Positions 46,214-55,576 of a DNA stretch of 64,000 nucleotides are shown here, in pieces. The first letter of the stretch is position 1. Each line of letters begins with the position of its first letter. The translations under genes were made by a program, and so were the position numbers. The stretch lies in the NCBI GenBank assembly GCA_965222375.1, contig CBDCTZ010000015.1:896001-960000 (forward strand). The letters run 5' to 3'. The notes beneath the pieces were generated by a model that was not told where the DNA came from, did no database searches, and worked only from the letters and a program-made list of their open reading frames with translations. The DNA comes from Polyangiaceae bacterium. Lineage in GTDB: Bacteria; Myxococcota_A; Polyangia; Polyangiales; Polyangiaceae.

Positions 46214-49200
46214 TCAGTTCGGGTCGAGGGTCTCGAGGGCCTTGGCGCAATCCCTGGCCAAAACCTGGTTGTCCGAGCCGATGGCCAAGTTGCGGGCCGA
46301 CGTCAGCTCTCGGCGCGCCGCAGCTGACTGGCCTTGAGAGGCCAGCAAGCGACCCAACAGGTACCGCGCACTCACCACATCCCAAACCCACTTCTGGGAG
46401 TCGGCCTTGACGATGCAACGCGCCAGCACGTCCGCGGATTGCTTATCGCCCTTGAGCGCTCTCAGGTACGCCATCATCGCCGAATTGAGATTCACCAGCC
46501 GTTCGGAACCGATTTCCTCTGCGAGCGCTCGACTGGCGCCAAGCACCGCGTAGGCCCGAGCGTTTTCCCCGAGGCGCAGCAGGGAGTCACCCTGGTTGTG
46601 CAAGTTCACTGAGGCCTCGTGAACCAATCCTGACTTGCGGGCCTGCTCTGCCGCCAACTCGGAAATTCGGGCGCATTCCTGCCAATCGCCCCGAAACCCA
46701 GCGATCAAGGCGCGCACCTTGTCCCGTTCACCCGCGAGGACGACGTCATCCGCGGGCACGAGTTCCGCCGCCGCGTCGCAGGCGAGCAAAGCGTCGTCCA
46801 GGTGACCGGCCCCCGCGCGGGCCATCGCCGTGGCGACGAAGAAGCGGTGTTCGTCCAGGGCGTCGCCGGGTGGGAGCTGACCTGCACGCTCCAGGGCAAC
46901 CTCCGCGTTCTTGACCTCACCTTGCCGAATCGAAAGCTCTGCGTCGACGAGCAGCGCGCTCCGAGCCAGGTCGGGCCATGTGGAAGCCGTGTCAGCCGCG
47001 CGCTGCAAGAGCCGGCGCGCTTCTTTGTAGCGATGCAATGCTCCCAGACTCACGGCAAGGTCGATCTCGATCGCACCGCGCAAGCGGCCGTCGATGTTTT
47101 TGTCTAACACCAGCCAACCACTGAGCTTGCGAACCAAATCGTGCAGCCCTTCACCAGCGCGCACGTGACGGAGAGCGTTGCTCAGGGCGTTGACCCATTC
47201 GCCGATCTGGACCGCGCCACGCTGAGTCAAGTCGGTCAGGGACAGGGCACGCATCAGATGACGTGACGCAATGTCCAGGCGGCGCTCATTCGCGTGGAAC
47301 AGGCCGCTGGTCGCGTAGAACCCGGAGGCGCGGTCGCTCTGCCCGGCTTCCGCTAGGTGATAGCCGATCAGGGAGGACTGCTCTTCAGTCCGGACCCCGA
47401 GCACCACCTGGAACGCGTCCGCGGCTCGGGTGTGCAACTCCTGGGCACGCTCCGCGTCGAGGTCCGACAACACGACCTCCCGAACCAGTTGGGATCCAAA
47501 GGTCACGTGAGTGGTGCCCTGGGGCACGAGGAGCTCTCGCTGGACCAAGCCATCCACCAGCTGGTGCACGATACCCAAGGGAAGTTCGACGACGCTGGCG
47601 ACGACCGCCAAGTCCGCTGGTGGTTCCAGAATGCCGGCCGCAACCAAGAGCCCGCGCTCGGCGTCTGGCAGGCGGTGCAGGCGATCCGCGATCAGCATCC
47701 TGAGAGAGCGGGGCACGGTCAGGGCCGCGCTCTTCTCAAACAGCGTGACACGGCCCTCCTGCACCACTAACGCCTTGGATGCGAGTGCCTCCCGCAGCAG
47801 CTCTTCAGCGAACATCGGATGTCCACCCACCCGCTCCAGCAGGAATCGTTGCAAGGTTGATGGCAGCTCTTCTTCGACGCCGAGTCGCAACGCGGCCAGG
47901 CGGAGCGCATCTTCTTTCTCTAGATCACCCAGGGTGATCTCGACGACTTCGCTCCGGGCAAGCAGCCGCTCGGGCTCTTTGCGTCGCCCCGCAAGCACGA
48001 TAGCTGCTCGAGAACGCTCGAGGCGGTCCATGGCGACCTCGATGGCACGTGCGCTTTCCGCGTCCAGTTCGTGAGCGTCGTCCCAAGCCAACACGTGGAG
48101 CCGCTCGGCGCAGAGGGATGTGAGGGCGCGGGCTAGGGCCATTTCCACCACGTGGGGGGCGGCGGCCGGCCCCGCGCCGAGCAACCCCAGCAGGGCTTGG
48201 GTCTCTTCGTCCACCAGGCCCAGCGCGCGCAGCCTGGGTTCAACCACCAAAACGCCATCCAGCGCGTCGCCGTCCCGAACCCCCGTGAGAGCGCGCAACA
48301 TGGCCGTCACGCCGCTCCAGGGCACATCGCTGCCCCGGGGCGGACAGGTCGCCACGTAGGCTCCCACGTTCAGCCGCGCTTGCGCCAGTCGCCGAATGGC
48401 GGCATTCAGCAGCCGCGTCTTCCCGATGCCATGAGGTCCGAGCAGTGAGACGACGCGGAGGCCACCCCGAGACGCGGCGCCGAGCTCTTTGGCAAGGGTA
48501 CGCAGTTCGGAGCGCCTACCGACGAACGGCCCCGGGGGAGGCGTCTGCGCGGGTTCGTCCAGAAACACGTACTTCAAGCTGGGGCCCCGTCGCACCGGGA
48601 AGACTTCCCGCAGTCGGTCTGCCGCCCCCCGACTGGCCAACAGGCGACCTACATGGCCACTGGGGATCTGTTGCAGCACGTCCAGCAGGGGCTGCCTAGC
48701 GTGGTCGTCCAGTTGGCCATCTCGAACCACGGCCGTGGCGGTGCCAAGAACGGCAGCCGGCTCCGCGAGGGGCCCGACGGCACGCAGCATGACGAGCCCC
48801 GCACGGGCGGCGTTGTCGGCGTCGCGGGTGTCCCCGGGGTCCAGACCGAAAACAAAGTGCAGGCCTCGCGAGTCCGCCTCCAGCTCCCGACCCCCGTAGC
48901 GCAGTGCAACGCCCCGGGCCCGGATGCGGACCGCTTCAGCACGACCTGCCCCCGCCTGAAACGCGAGAGAAAGCACGCTGACCTCGCGCTCGTTGGGCAG
49001 GGTGCCCAAGGAGTGCAGCGTCTCAGCGGACACATCTTCGATTTCGGCTTCCAGCGGTCTGGAAGATGGCGCGAGTTCTTCAGGCTCGATCTCCTCCAAG
49101 ACCTCTTCAACAGGCGGCAACGTCACGGGCCGGGCGCGGAGATCGACGTTCTCCAACCAGTCTCCCAGCTCGGAGCTGCCGAAACGCGCACCAAGGGCGT

Positions 49201-50068
49201 AGGAAAGCGTGAGCAGCTCTTCGTAGAATCTCGCTGCCGATTCGTGGCGGTGCGCCGGCTCTCGTTCGAGACAGCGGTGTACCAGCGTTGCCACTTCCGT
49301 CGCGACGCCGGGCTGGACTTCGTCCAACCGTGGGGCACCACCGGCAACGATCGCTGCGCTGAGCTCGTGTCCGCTGGAGGCCACGTAGGGCGGCTGGGCA
49401 GCCAGCATGCGGTACAGCAGGGCCCCTAACGCATAGATGTCGCTTGCGGGCGTGGCCGGCTCGCCCCCTAGCAGCTCGGGGCTCAAGAAGGGAAGTTTGT
49501 TGCTCAGTCCCTCGGCAGCAGCTTGGCGCTGGGAGAGGGGACCTAGGGTCGCCTGGGCAACACAGAAATCGCTCACCTTGACTTCGCCCTCGAAGCTCAA
49601 GAGCAAGTCCGAAGGAGACAGGGTTCCGTGAACGATTCCCAGGGCGCCACCATCTGCGTCCTGACGCCGATGGGCGTGCTCGAGCGCCTTGGCCGCCTCA
49701 CCCACGAGGAACAGCGACAGGTTCAACGGCAGCGGCTCCGCGCCCACCCTGGAGCGCAAAACCGATTGCAGATCCACCCCAGCAACGTACTCCCCCGCTA
49801 GGAAGTACTTTGTTTCGGCTGCGCTCTCTTCGTGCCCGAGGTCGAAGTACTGCGCAATGTTGGCGTGGCTCAAACGAATCGCTCGCTTGGCTTGCTGCAC
49901 GAAGGCTGCGACGAAGTCGGGATTGGCCGCCAGTTCGGGGAAAACCCGCTTGACCACGATAGTCTTCTCGAACCCCTCCACTCCAAAGCTCTTGGCCTTG
50001 AAGACCTCGCCCCACACCCCGCCCCCGAGGCGTTCAAGCAACGTGTAGCGCCCGAGGTTTTCCACCAT
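46214..50068 (-). CDS. Pseudokinase + degenerate class III cyclase-like + STAND (AAA_16) NTPase + TPR protein
   Basis: Kinase fold with HGTLSPSD/DFC; FVGRRSEL, Walker A GPHGIGKT, Walker B LAWDDAH, GGHPMF; TPR-like C-terminus. Confidence 0.88.
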   Translation of the reverse strand: MVENLGRYTLLERLGGGVWGEVFKAKSFGVEGFEKTIVVKRVFPELAANPDFVAAFVQQAKRAIRLSHANIAQYFDLGHEESAAETKYFLAGEYVAGVDLQSVLRSRVGAEPLPLNLSLFLVGEAAKALEHAHRRQDADGGALGIVHGTLSPSDLLLSFEGEVKVSDFCVAQATLGPLSQRQAAAEGLSNKLPFLSPELLGGEPATPASDIYALGALLYRMLAAQPPYVASSGHELSAAIVAGGAPRLDEVQPGVATEVATLVHRCLEREPAHRHESAARFYEELLTLSYALGARFGSSELGDWLENVDLRARPVTLPPVEEVLEEIEPEELAPSSRPLEAEIEDVSAETLHSLGTLPNEREVSVLSLAFQAGAGRAEAVRIRARGVALRYGGRELEADSRGLHFVFGLDPGDTRDADNAARAGLVMLRAVGPLAEPAAVLGTATAVVRDGQLDDHARQPLLDVLQQIPSGHVGRLLASRGAADRLREVFPVRRGPSLKYVFLDEPAQTPPPGPFVGRRSELRTLAKELGAASRGGLRVVSLLGPHGIGKTRLLNAAIRRLAQARLNVGAYVATCPPRGSDVPWSGVTAMLRALTGVRDGDALDGVLVVEPRLRALGLVDEETQALLGLLGAGPAAAPHVVEMALARALTSLCAERLHVLAWDDAHELDAESARAIEVAMDRLERSRAAIVLAGRRKEPERLLARSEVVEITLGDLEKEDALRLAALRLGVEEELPSTLQRFLLERVGGHPMFAEELLREALASKALVVQEGRVTLFEKSAALTVPRSLRMLIADRLHRLPDAERGLLVAAGILEPPADLAVVASVVELPLGIVHQLVDGLVQRELLVPQGTTHVTFGSQLVREVVLSDLDAERAQELHTRAADAFQVVLGVRTEEQSSLIGYHLAEAGQSDRASGFYATSGLFHANERRLDIASRHLMRALSLTDLTQRGAVQIGEWVNALSNALRHVRAGEGLHDLVRKLSGWLVLDKNIDGRLRGAIEIDLAVSLGALHRYKEARRLLQRAADTASTWPDLARSALLVDAELSIRQGEVKNAEVALERAGQLPPGDALDEHRFFVATAMARAGAGHLDDALLACDAAAELVPADDVVLAGERDKVRALIAGFRGDWQECARISELAAEQARKSGLVHEASVNLHNQGDSLLRLGENARAYAVLGASRALAEEIGSERLVNLNSAMMAYLRALKGDKQSADVLARCIVKADSQKWVWDVVSARYLLGRLLASQGQSAAARRELTSARNLAIGSDNQVLARDCAKALETLDPN

Positions 50069-50149
50069 CAACCCCCGAGCAAGTCGGTCATGGACGGCAC
50101 CCAAACACGGACCTCGGACCACCCGTGCCGCGGGCCGTGCTCACGCCAA

Positions 50150-51991
50150 TCAGGCCGTTTCGTCGCCCCCGCCGCCATACATCGCTTCCGCGATTTCGAA
50201 CGTCCCGTTCTCCAAACGCGTGTAGGCGTCGCGTAGCGTGTCCAGATCCGAGCCACTCGTCAGCGCACCGCGTAACGCCTCCAGGTCGTCGTGCATCGTC
50301 GCGATGCGGTCAGCGTCGAGAAGGTCGCCATAGGCCTCCAGAGCTTGCTCCGTGGTGTAGATGAGCGTCTCGGCTTGATTGCGGATTTCCGCCATGTCGC
50401 GGCGGAGCTCATCGGATTCCTTGTACTGCTCTCCTTCGTCGACGAGGCGGTCAATCTCTTCGTGACTGAGGCCGCTCGTGGGCGTGACGTTGATCGCGTG
50501 GGTCTTGCCGGTACCCAGATCCTTGGCTTCGACATCCAGGATGCCATTGGCGTCGATTCGAAATGATACCTGGATCTTGGGAACCCCGCGAGGGGCTGGT
50601 GGGATGCCCGTGAGTTCGAATCGCGCGAGGCTGCGATTGTCTGCGGCCATTTCTCGCTCACCTTGGAGGACGTGAACAGGCACGAAGTTCTGATTGTCCA
50701 TGCTGGTGGTGAAGACCTCGCTCTTCTCCGTCGGCACGGTGGTGTTGCGAGGAATCAGGCGGGTGAACACCCCTCCTCCCGTTTCGACACCAATCGCCAA
50801 GGGGGTGACGTCGAGCAGAAGAACTTCGTCAATCTCCCCGCCGAGGGCCGCACCCTGGATCGCGGCCCCTGTCGCAACGACTTCATCGGGGTTCACACCC
50901 TTGTTGGCGTCTCTTCCGAATAGCTCTTTGACCGCTTTCTGCACCGCCGGCATGCGTGTCATGCCGCCGACCAATACGAATTCGTCAACCTTGTCAGCGG
51001 TCAGCTTGGCATCGGCAAGCACCTGCTCACAGCTTTTCACCGTGCGATCGATCAAGTCGCGTGTGAGGATCTCCAACTCGCTCCTCTTCATGTTGCGCTC
51101 GAGGTGCAGCGGCCCCGAAGCCCCCGTGGCAATGAACGGGATGTTGATCTCGGTTTCCAGCGATGACGATAGCTCGTGCTTGGCCTTTTCAGCAGCCTCC
51201 TTCAGGCGCTGGAGCGCCATGCGATCTCCTTTCAGATCGATGCCGTGCTCCTCGTTGAACTCTTCCGCCAGCTTGTTGATGATCCTGGTGTCGAAATCTT
51301 CACCTCCCAGGTGGGTGTCACCACCAGTGGCTTTGACACTGAACACGCCGCCGGAGATTTCCAGAATCGAGATATCGAACGTGCCGCCCCCCAAGTCATA
51401 AACGGCGATGCGTTCGGACTGGGTCTTGTCCAAGCCGTACGCGAGAGACGCTGCTGTGGGCTCGTTGAGGATGCGCTTGACGTCCAACCCCGCAATCTTG
51501 CCGGCGTCCTTGGTTGCCTGACGTTGAGCGTCATCGAAATAAGCGGGAACCGTGATGATGGCTTCGCTGACGGGCTCCCCAAGGAAAGCCTCGGCGGTCT
51601 CCTTGAGGTTCACGAGCACCATGGCGCTGACCTCTGAAGGCGACATGCGTTTGTCACCCACTTTCACCCAAGCATCACCGTTTTCGTGCTCAATGACCGA
51701 GTAAGCGACGCTTTCCCGATGCCGAGCCACGTCCTGATCGTCGAACTTCCGGCCCATCAGCCGCTTGACGGCGTAGACCGTCTTCTCCGGGTTGGTCGTT
51801 GCCTGCCGTTTGGCAACTTGACCCACCAGTCGTTCGCCGGAAGGCGGCAGAGCGATCACGCTTGGCGTTGTTCTGGCGCCCTCGGAATTTGGAATGACGC
51901 GCACTTCCGGTTCGCCGCTGGCGGTCGCTCCCTCCAATACGGCGACGCACGAGTTCGTCGTGCCCAGATCGATGCCGATGATTTTCCCCAT
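50150..51991 (-). CDS. dnaK: Hsp70 chaperone DnaK
   Basis: [41 protein letters not shown]. Confidence 0.98.
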   Translation of the reverse strand: MGKIIGIDLGTTNSCVAVLEGATASGEPEVRVIPNSEGARTTPSVIALPPSGERLVGQVAKRQATTNPEKTVYAVKRLMGRKFDDQDVARHRESVAYSVIEHENGDAWVKVGDKRMSPSEVSAMVLVNLKETAEAFLGEPVSEAIITVPAYFDDAQRQATKDAGKIAGLDVKRILNEPTAASLAYGLDKTQSERIAVYDLGGGTFDISILEISGGVFSVKATGGDTHLGGEDFDTRIINKLAEEFNEEHGIDLKGDRMALQRLKEAAEKAKHELSSSLETEINIPFIATGASGPLHLERNMKRSELEILTRDLIDRTVKSCEQVLADAKLTADKVDEFVLVGGMTRMPAVQKAVKELFGRDANKGVNPDEVVATGAAIQGAALGGEIDEVLLLDVTPLAIGVETGGGVFTRLIPRNTTVPTEKSEVFTTSMDNQNFVPVHVLQGEREMAADNRSLARFELTGIPPAPRGVPKIQVSFRIDANGILDVEAKDLGTGKTHAINVTPTSGLSHEEIDRLVDEGEQYKESDELRRDMAEIRNQAETLIYTTEQALEAYGDLLDADRIATMHDDLEALRGALTSGSDLDTLRDAYTRLENGTFEIAEAMYGGGGDETA

Positions 51992-52082
51992 TCCGTCCGC
52001 GGCGGAGCATAACCCGCGGTCTTCGGGGAAAGAAAGCTAGCTTTCCCGCGCGCCTGGACACACGACCAGGGTCGGCTTTTGC

Positions 52083-52691
52083 CTATTCCGAGGTGTCCTC
52101 TGCGTCGCGCGCCTCTGGAGGCATTGGCGCTGGCGCGCGAGCGACCACCACCATGGCTGGACGAAGCAAGCGCTCGCCGCTGCGGTAGCCAGGCTGAACC
52201 TCTGCGGCGATAGTCCCAGGCGGATGCTCTGTGCTCTCCATCTGCTGGATGGCTTCATGGACTGCTGGGTCGAAGGCCTTGCCCACGGAGTCGACGCGAT
52301 GCACGTCGAGCTTGCCCAGCGTGTCGAAGAACATACGCAGGACCATCTGGACCCCGTCGGCTAAGCCCTGGACATCCGTGGCTTTCTCGGCGTGCTCCCC
52401 GGCACGCTCCAGGTTGTCGAAGATTGGCAGCAGCTCGCGAAGCAAGTCCTCACGACTCTGGGCTTCGGCCTCGCGGATCTCTTTGCGGGATCGCTTGCGG
52501 AAGTTGTCGAAGTCCGCTGCAGTCCGCAGCAGTTGGTCTCGCAGGCGTGCCGTTTCGGCCTGCGCAACCGCGAGGGGGTCCTTCGGAGGCTCGGCCTCTT
52601 CAGGCGCCTCGGAGGGGGGAGGTTCGCTGCCCGCAGCTTCCTCTACTAGGCCTGACTCCGGGGCACCCGTGGATTCGCTCTCATCGTTCAC
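52083..52691 (-). CDS. grpE: Nucleotide exchange factor GrpE
   Basis: LRTAADFDNFRKR, LPIFDNLERA, FDPAVHEA, GYRSGERLLRPAMVVV; GTG start at 52691. Confidence 0.96.
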   Translation of the reverse strand: MNDESESTGAPESGLVEEAAGSEPPPSEAPEEAEPPKDPLAVAQAETARLRDQLLRTAADFDNFRKRSRKEIREAEAQSREDLLRELLPIFDNLERAGEHAEKATDVQGLADGVQMVLRMFFDTLGKLDVHRVDSVGKAFDPAVHEAIQQMESTEHPPGTIAAEVQPGYRSGERLLRPAMVVVARAPAPMPPEARDAEDTSE

Positions 52692-52707
52692 AGCGCCGCT
52701 ACTATAA

Positions 52708-53754
52708 TCAGTCGCCGGTAGTTGCCAAACCAACTGCATTCCTAACGACTTCGGGCGCACGATTGCAGGGTGCCTGCCGCATGGCCACCAGCGCTCCCCC
52801 GGACGAACGGCGGTCCTCGTCGGCCTGAGGTGAGACTGTGAACCACACGTCCACGTGCTCAGGGACCCGCCAAAAGCGGTCCTCCCCGGTGAAGGGAAGG
52901 AGCTTGGGAGGCGCGGCCTTGCGACCATAGAAGGTCTCTTCCACCCAGAAACACGTGTCGGAGCTCGCCGGCGCAAACAGGTGCCGAGCGCCCGCGTGCA
53001 CGTCTACGATGGCAGCTGCAACCTCCGTTCCGTCGGGGTGGGTAACTTGGAGCTTGCGCCGACCCGCGGGCAGTCGCACTTCTAATCCAGCAGCCGTGCT
53101 TTCTGCGCTGGTCGCCTCCACCTGACAGAGTTGTCGGCCGTCAACGGATACCGAAATGCGCGCGTCAGTCAGGTTGATGATGCGAACCAGTGGGGAGTTG
53201 AGACGAAACCCGATCGGAGCCAACCCGAGCGCCACTGCAGCGCCAAGCCACACCCACAGTTTGGCGCCGGGTTCCCGGAGTGACGCTTCCTCACATGCGA
53301 CGCCGTTTTCCCGAGCGAGCGTGTCCGCGAAGCGTGGCAACGTGCAGCATAGAGTTCCGTCGCCACCCCACCATGCGGCCAGATGGGTCGCGGTGTGAGG
53401 CTCACGCCGCTTGGGCTTGAACAGGTAGCGGAGGACGGCCGGCAAGGCAGCCGCAATCACTGCGACGCTAATGTGAAGATAGAGGGGGACCCACTCGAAC
53501 CAGAGCGGAAGGGCGAAAGACAGCGTGAACGCGAGCAACACACTGGACACCAGAGTCGCTAGATCTCGGGTGAACCCGCTGGAGGCATGGGTGAGGCATT
53601 TGTCGCAGTAGGGGACGAACAGGTCCCGACCACGCGACTGCGCCCGTAGAGAACGCGCGGCGTCTGCGCCGCAGCAGGCGCAGATTTGCGGGACGGTCGC
53701 GCCGTCACCCGCCAAATGTACGGCGCGACCCTGCCTCTCCGCGCCACGCGCCAT
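52708..53754 (-). CDS. Membrane protein with N-terminal zinc ribbon
   Basis: CACC...PYCDKC, three TM helices, PEGA-like C-terminal domain; 16 bp upstream of grpE. Confidence 0.7.
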   Translation of the reverse strand: MARGAERQGRAVHLAGDGATVPQICACCGADAARSLRAQSRGRDLFVPYCDKCLTHASSGFTRDLATLVSSVLLAFTLSFALPLWFEWVPLYLHISVAVIAAALPAVLRYLFKPKRREPHTATHLAAWWGGDGTLCCTLPRFADTLARENGVACEEASLREPGAKLWVWLGAAVALGLAPIGFRLNSPLVRIINLTDARISVSVDGRQLCQVEATSAESTAAGLEVRLPAGRRKLQVTHPDGTEVAAAIVDVHAGARHLFAPASSDTCFWVEETFYGRKAAPPKLLPFTGEDRFWRVPEHVDVWFTVSPQADEDRRSSGGALVAMRQAPCNRAPEVVRNAVGLATTGD

Positions 53755-53831
53755 TCCTGGTACCATTGCTCTCTTGGGCTGGGTGCGGCAGGCGGGCAAA
53801 GCCGAGCCGGACGCTGCTCGAACTTTCAACC

Positions 53832-55568
53832 ATGCGGACCCTGCCTGCAAGCGGCCTCATCATCGCCGAAAAATACAAGCTCTTGGAGCTAATTGGCTCC
53901 GGAGGGATGGGCGAAGTGTATCGGGCGCGCAATACGCTGATAGGTCGTGACGTAGCTCTCAAGCTGCTCAACCACGACTACGTCGGTGACGCCAACCTGA
54001 CGGCACGTCTATTTCAAGAAGCTAAGTCCGCCAGTCGCATTCGGCATCCGGGGATCGTGGAGGTTCTCGACGCCGGCGAGGCAGAAACTGGGCCGTACCT
54101 GGTGATGGAACTGCTTAGCGGGCGTAGTGCAGCCGCGATCTTGGTTCGCTATGGGCGCTTTGATCTCGCCGCGGCCTTGTCGACTGCGATCCCGGTGCTT
54201 TCCACGTTGGGTGCAGCACACGCAGTAGGCGTCGTGCACCGAGACCTGAAACCAGAGAACATCTTTTTTCACCAAGACGAGTCGGGCCAGATCAGCGTGA
54301 AACTGTTGGACTTCGGAATCGCCAAGTTGCTGTCCCCAGGCGGACCAACGCCCAAGACGAGTACCGGCATCGTATTCGGAACTCCAGACTATCTGTCTCC
54401 GGAACAAGCCGCTGGGGACGGTGAGATCGACGGCCGCAGTGACTTATTCTCTTTGGCGGTCGTGCTGTACGAGCTGATCACCGGCGTGCGACCTTTTCAT
54501 GCGCCCACGACCATCGCGACGGCATACCGCATCGCACATGCCAAGGCGCCTCCCCTGGCCACCAACGGGGGCCCGAAGCATCCGATGCTGGATGCGATCT
54601 TGCAGCGGGCCCTGTCGAAACGGCCGGAAGAGCGCCACCAAAGCGCCGACGAGCTCCTTGCTGAACTGGCAGAAATCGTACCTGAACGAGATCGCATCGC
54701 CGCACTACATCGAATCGTGGGCGGCCGTGAGCAGGATATGGAAACCAGTGGCGTCCGGCCAGCTGTGGCGCCCCCCGCCAAGAGGACACGCCCCAATGAA
54801 GAGTCCGCGAAACTCCCGATCAACACCCGGAGCGTCGGGCTCACGAAGCGCTCCCGCTATCGTCCGACACCTGCGCAATCGGCCCCGGCCAGCCTGACGC
54901 CGGTCAGGCCTTCTCAGCAGTCGACTCCAGTGCGGCCTAGCCCAGCGCGAGCGGCGGTGCAGAGCAAGACACCTCTGGGCACGTTGCGCGCGATCCCGCC
55001 CCGCTTCGCAGAGAAGTGCAGCGTCCGGGGCTCAATCCTTCGCAGCCTGGACGCCCACGTGGTGCAGCAGTTCGGTCGCGAAGCGCGGGAAGAGGTCGCC
55101 GCCTGTCTTGGGCCCGAGCGCTCCGCAGACCTCGTGAACGATACCCTGCAAGCAATTGTTCCCTACGACCTAGATCTGGTCGCCGCATACATCGAACTCG
55201 TTACGCGACGGTACTGCCGAGGCAACAACGCTTGGTGTCGAGTGGCCGGCGAGTCAGCGGTTGGTGGTGAGTTTGCCGCCTCATTCCGACACCTCACTCG
55301 CGAGCACGAGGTAGAGGGAATTCTGCGCAGAGCGGTCCCCTTGCTTTCGCGACTATTCGACTTCGGCCGCTGGGAGCACGAAGCAGCAGAACGGCACACG
55401 ATACGCATTAGCGACTTCGAGCCTGCCCCGCTGGGGCTTCGCTGGTGGCTCCTGGGCGTATTGGACGGGCTTTTGGCTTCGGCTTCCCAACTCCACACCT
55501 TATCCGTTGCGCGAGGCGACGCTGCATTTGCCCCCCAGCTAGTCCTTGAGGTTTCCCCGAGGTATTAG
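53832..55568 (+). CDS. Cytoplasmic Ser/Thr kinase with C-terminal DUF2378/H-NOX-like domain
   Basis: GSGGMGEV, VALK, HRDLKPEN, DFG, GTPDYLSPE; C-terminal VRGSILRSL...WLLGVLDGLL domain. Confidence 0.9.
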   Translation: MRTLPASGLIIAEKYKLLELIGSGGMGEVYRARNTLIGRDVALKLLNHDYVGDANLTARLFQEAKSASRIRHPGIVEVLDAGEAETGPYLVMELLSGRSAAAILVRYGRFDLAAALSTAIPVLSTLGAAHAVGVVHRDLKPENIFFHQDESGQISVKLLDFGIAKLLSPGGPTPKTSTGIVFGTPDYLSPEQAAGDGEIDGRSDLFSLAVVLYELITGVRPFHAPTTIATAYRIAHAKAPPLATNGGPKHPMLDAILQRALSKRPEERHQSADELLAELAEIVPERDRIAALHRIVGGREQDMETSGVRPAVAPPAKRTRPNEESAKLPINTRSVGLTKRSRYRPTPAQSAPASLTPVRPSQQSTPVRPSPARAAVQSKTPLGTLRAIPPRFAEKCSVRGSILRSLDAHVVQQFGREAREEVAACLGPERSADLVNDTLQAIVPYDLDLVAAYIELVTRRYCRGNNAWCRVAGESAVGGEFAASFRHLTREHEVEGILRRAVPLLSRLFDFGRWEHEAAERHTIRISDFEPAPLGLRWWLLGVLDGLLASASQLHTLSVARGDAAFAPQLVLEVSPRY

Positions 55569-55576
55569 CTGCGACC

